Below the pieces are notes generated by a model. That model saw only the letters and a list, made by a program, of their open reading frames with translations. It did not search any database and was not told where the DNA came from. 64,000 nucleotides of DNA from Convolutriloba macropyga (Eukaryota). Location of the stretch: positions 59,892,001 through 59,956,000 of the forward strand of contig NC_134472.1 of NCBI RefSeq assembly GCF_964194025.1. Reading direction: 5' to 3'. The position numbers and the translations under genes are program-made. Below are positions 62,622 through 64,000 of the stretch, one piece after another. How positions within the stretch are numbered: position 1 is the stretch's first letter; the number at the start of each line of letters is the position of its first letter.

Positions 62622-62905
62622 TTTAAATGAGGAAGTGGGCTGCTCTGCCTGTGGAAACACCTCATCCACACTGTTCCCAACATCATCAATATCAACAGGT
62701 TCGATGTACTGCTCAACCACATCATCATAATTCTGAGTTTCTTCACAAGTGTGCGGCTTTCTTTTGATGGAAACTAATTTGCAGCCACTTTTCTCGATCT
62801 CAATTGTGTCTAGATCGCACAGCATAGGTGATCCGGGGTACCTCACTGCGGGGAAACCATCGTGTGGTCTAAGTGGGATCAACTCAAGAACTGATATGAA
62901 CGCCT
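62622..62905 (-). CDS. Gene B exon homologous to gene A exon 4 (upstream exons presumably outside the window)
   Basis: Acceptor ATGTTTCAG|, reads AFISVLELIPLRPHDGFPAVRYPGSPMLCDLDTIEIEKSGCKLVSIKRKP...TSSFK, donor |GTGAGA. 284 nt, phase 1 to 0 as in gene A. About 25/52 identities with gene A. Confidence 0.88.
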
Positions 62906-63864
62906 CTGAAACATGAAATAATCGTAACAAAAAATAACAAGTCAGGAAACTTCCTTGAGAATATAGGCCAGGCCACAAATCTTGGTAAGACAACTTCTGA
63001 CAGGCCGGTATTTACGGGAAATTCCAAAAATGGTCACTTGTATTAGGCATGGTCATTCTTATTTCTTGGTTTATAAAGGTCAAAAGCAGTCACTTTGAAT
63101 TAATAAAATGTCAAAAAAGGATAACCGAGTCAAAAATGATCATTTCTCGTTTTTTGTGAAATTTTTAATTGAAATAACTTCTGTCAACGGCAAATGCTAT
63201 TCAATCAAAACGACTTCCCTGTCGTGTGAGCACATAAGTGAGGACAATTTTGCAACTGAAGAATAGTGTCTGAAATGTTTGCATAGTAACTTATAAGCGC
63301 TGAATATGCCGAATGAAATGTCTTGTTAGTTCTTTTCAATGCCACGCTTCCATAATAATTCAGCATATCATATGACACAATACATAATTTTATCCTTAGC
63401 CAAAAGAAAAAGTTTATTAAACAAAATCCTGCAAAATAATTTTCTGACAATAGTTTGAAGGATTCAGTTTTCATCTTGTAAATACGCAAGGCATATTATT
63501 GCATATGATTTGCAAACAAGAGCTTATACACAATTAGAATATCCACTTTGACGAAAGAGCTACAAAAAAGCAGTAAAAAATCAAACATTTAATCGCAATG
63601 ATGATAGACAATGCTTACGTATATAAGTCAAAGCCATGCAGTTTATTTATAACCAAATTTTATGCGAATTCAGAGTTAATTTTCCTGAGAACTTCTGTTG
63701 ATGGATTTAAGTGATCAGAAAAAACGTTTTAAAAATTGTCTGCTTAATTTTGCGCGCTCTATGATTATTAGTAATGAATAATATGAAATTTATTCTAGTT
63801 GAGAAGACCGACCAAAAACGACGCAAGAAATATTTGTATATTCGGTTTTCTACGTAAGAAATGG

Positions 63865-64000
63865 TCAACATGTTCGGTTTGTTCGGTATGATCGGTTTCA
63901 AATGTAAGATATTCTCGATATGTTCGGTCTAGAACTTAAGAAAGCTTCGGTATGTTCCGCTCGGAGTGTAAGAAAGATTCGGCATGTTCGGTTCAGCCAG
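63865..64000 (+). repeat. Degenerate ATGTTCGG(T) repeat array, runs off the window
   Basis: Multiple TGTTCGG units. Confidence 0.55.

Overview
AT-rich, repeat-dense eukaryotic (animal-like) genomic DNA with spliceosomal introns; the species cannot be identified from the sequence. The main host content is not visible in the ORF track. It is two paralogous, minus-strand, multi-exon genes for single-pass (type I) membrane proteins. Gene A (18563->10340) can be spliced completely by hand: 7 exons, all GT-AG, all phases consistent, 468 aa. It has a signal peptide, an 8-Cys ectodomain with a possible divergent CUB-like fold, one TM helix, and a cytoplasmic tail with an ITAM-like YHVL-x11-YCDI pair and a C-terminal S-S-V PDZ-type motif. 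Gene B enters from beyond the right edge (exons 62905-62622, 59698-59583, 45765-45311, last exon uncertain). It shares about 25 of 52 residues with gene A in the membrane-proximal ectodomain and has identical intron phases, but an unrelated acidic tail. The rest is layered mobile DNA: (1) a decayed Gypsy-type LTR element lacking PR/RT (4670-9483); (2) a near full-length BEL/Pao element with TSD (31633-38983) inside one copy of a 2.6-kb tandem duplication; (3) an 11.7-kb gag-only LTR element with ~2.6-kb LTRs and a tRNA-Asn-like PBS (46718-58384) in an intron of gene B, carrying an internal duplication and a nested 1.4-kb TRIM-like element; (4) a MITE/minisatellite cluster at 21.7-27.1 kb that includes a ~1.9-kb imperfect palindrome. 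Identity values are by-eye estimates.
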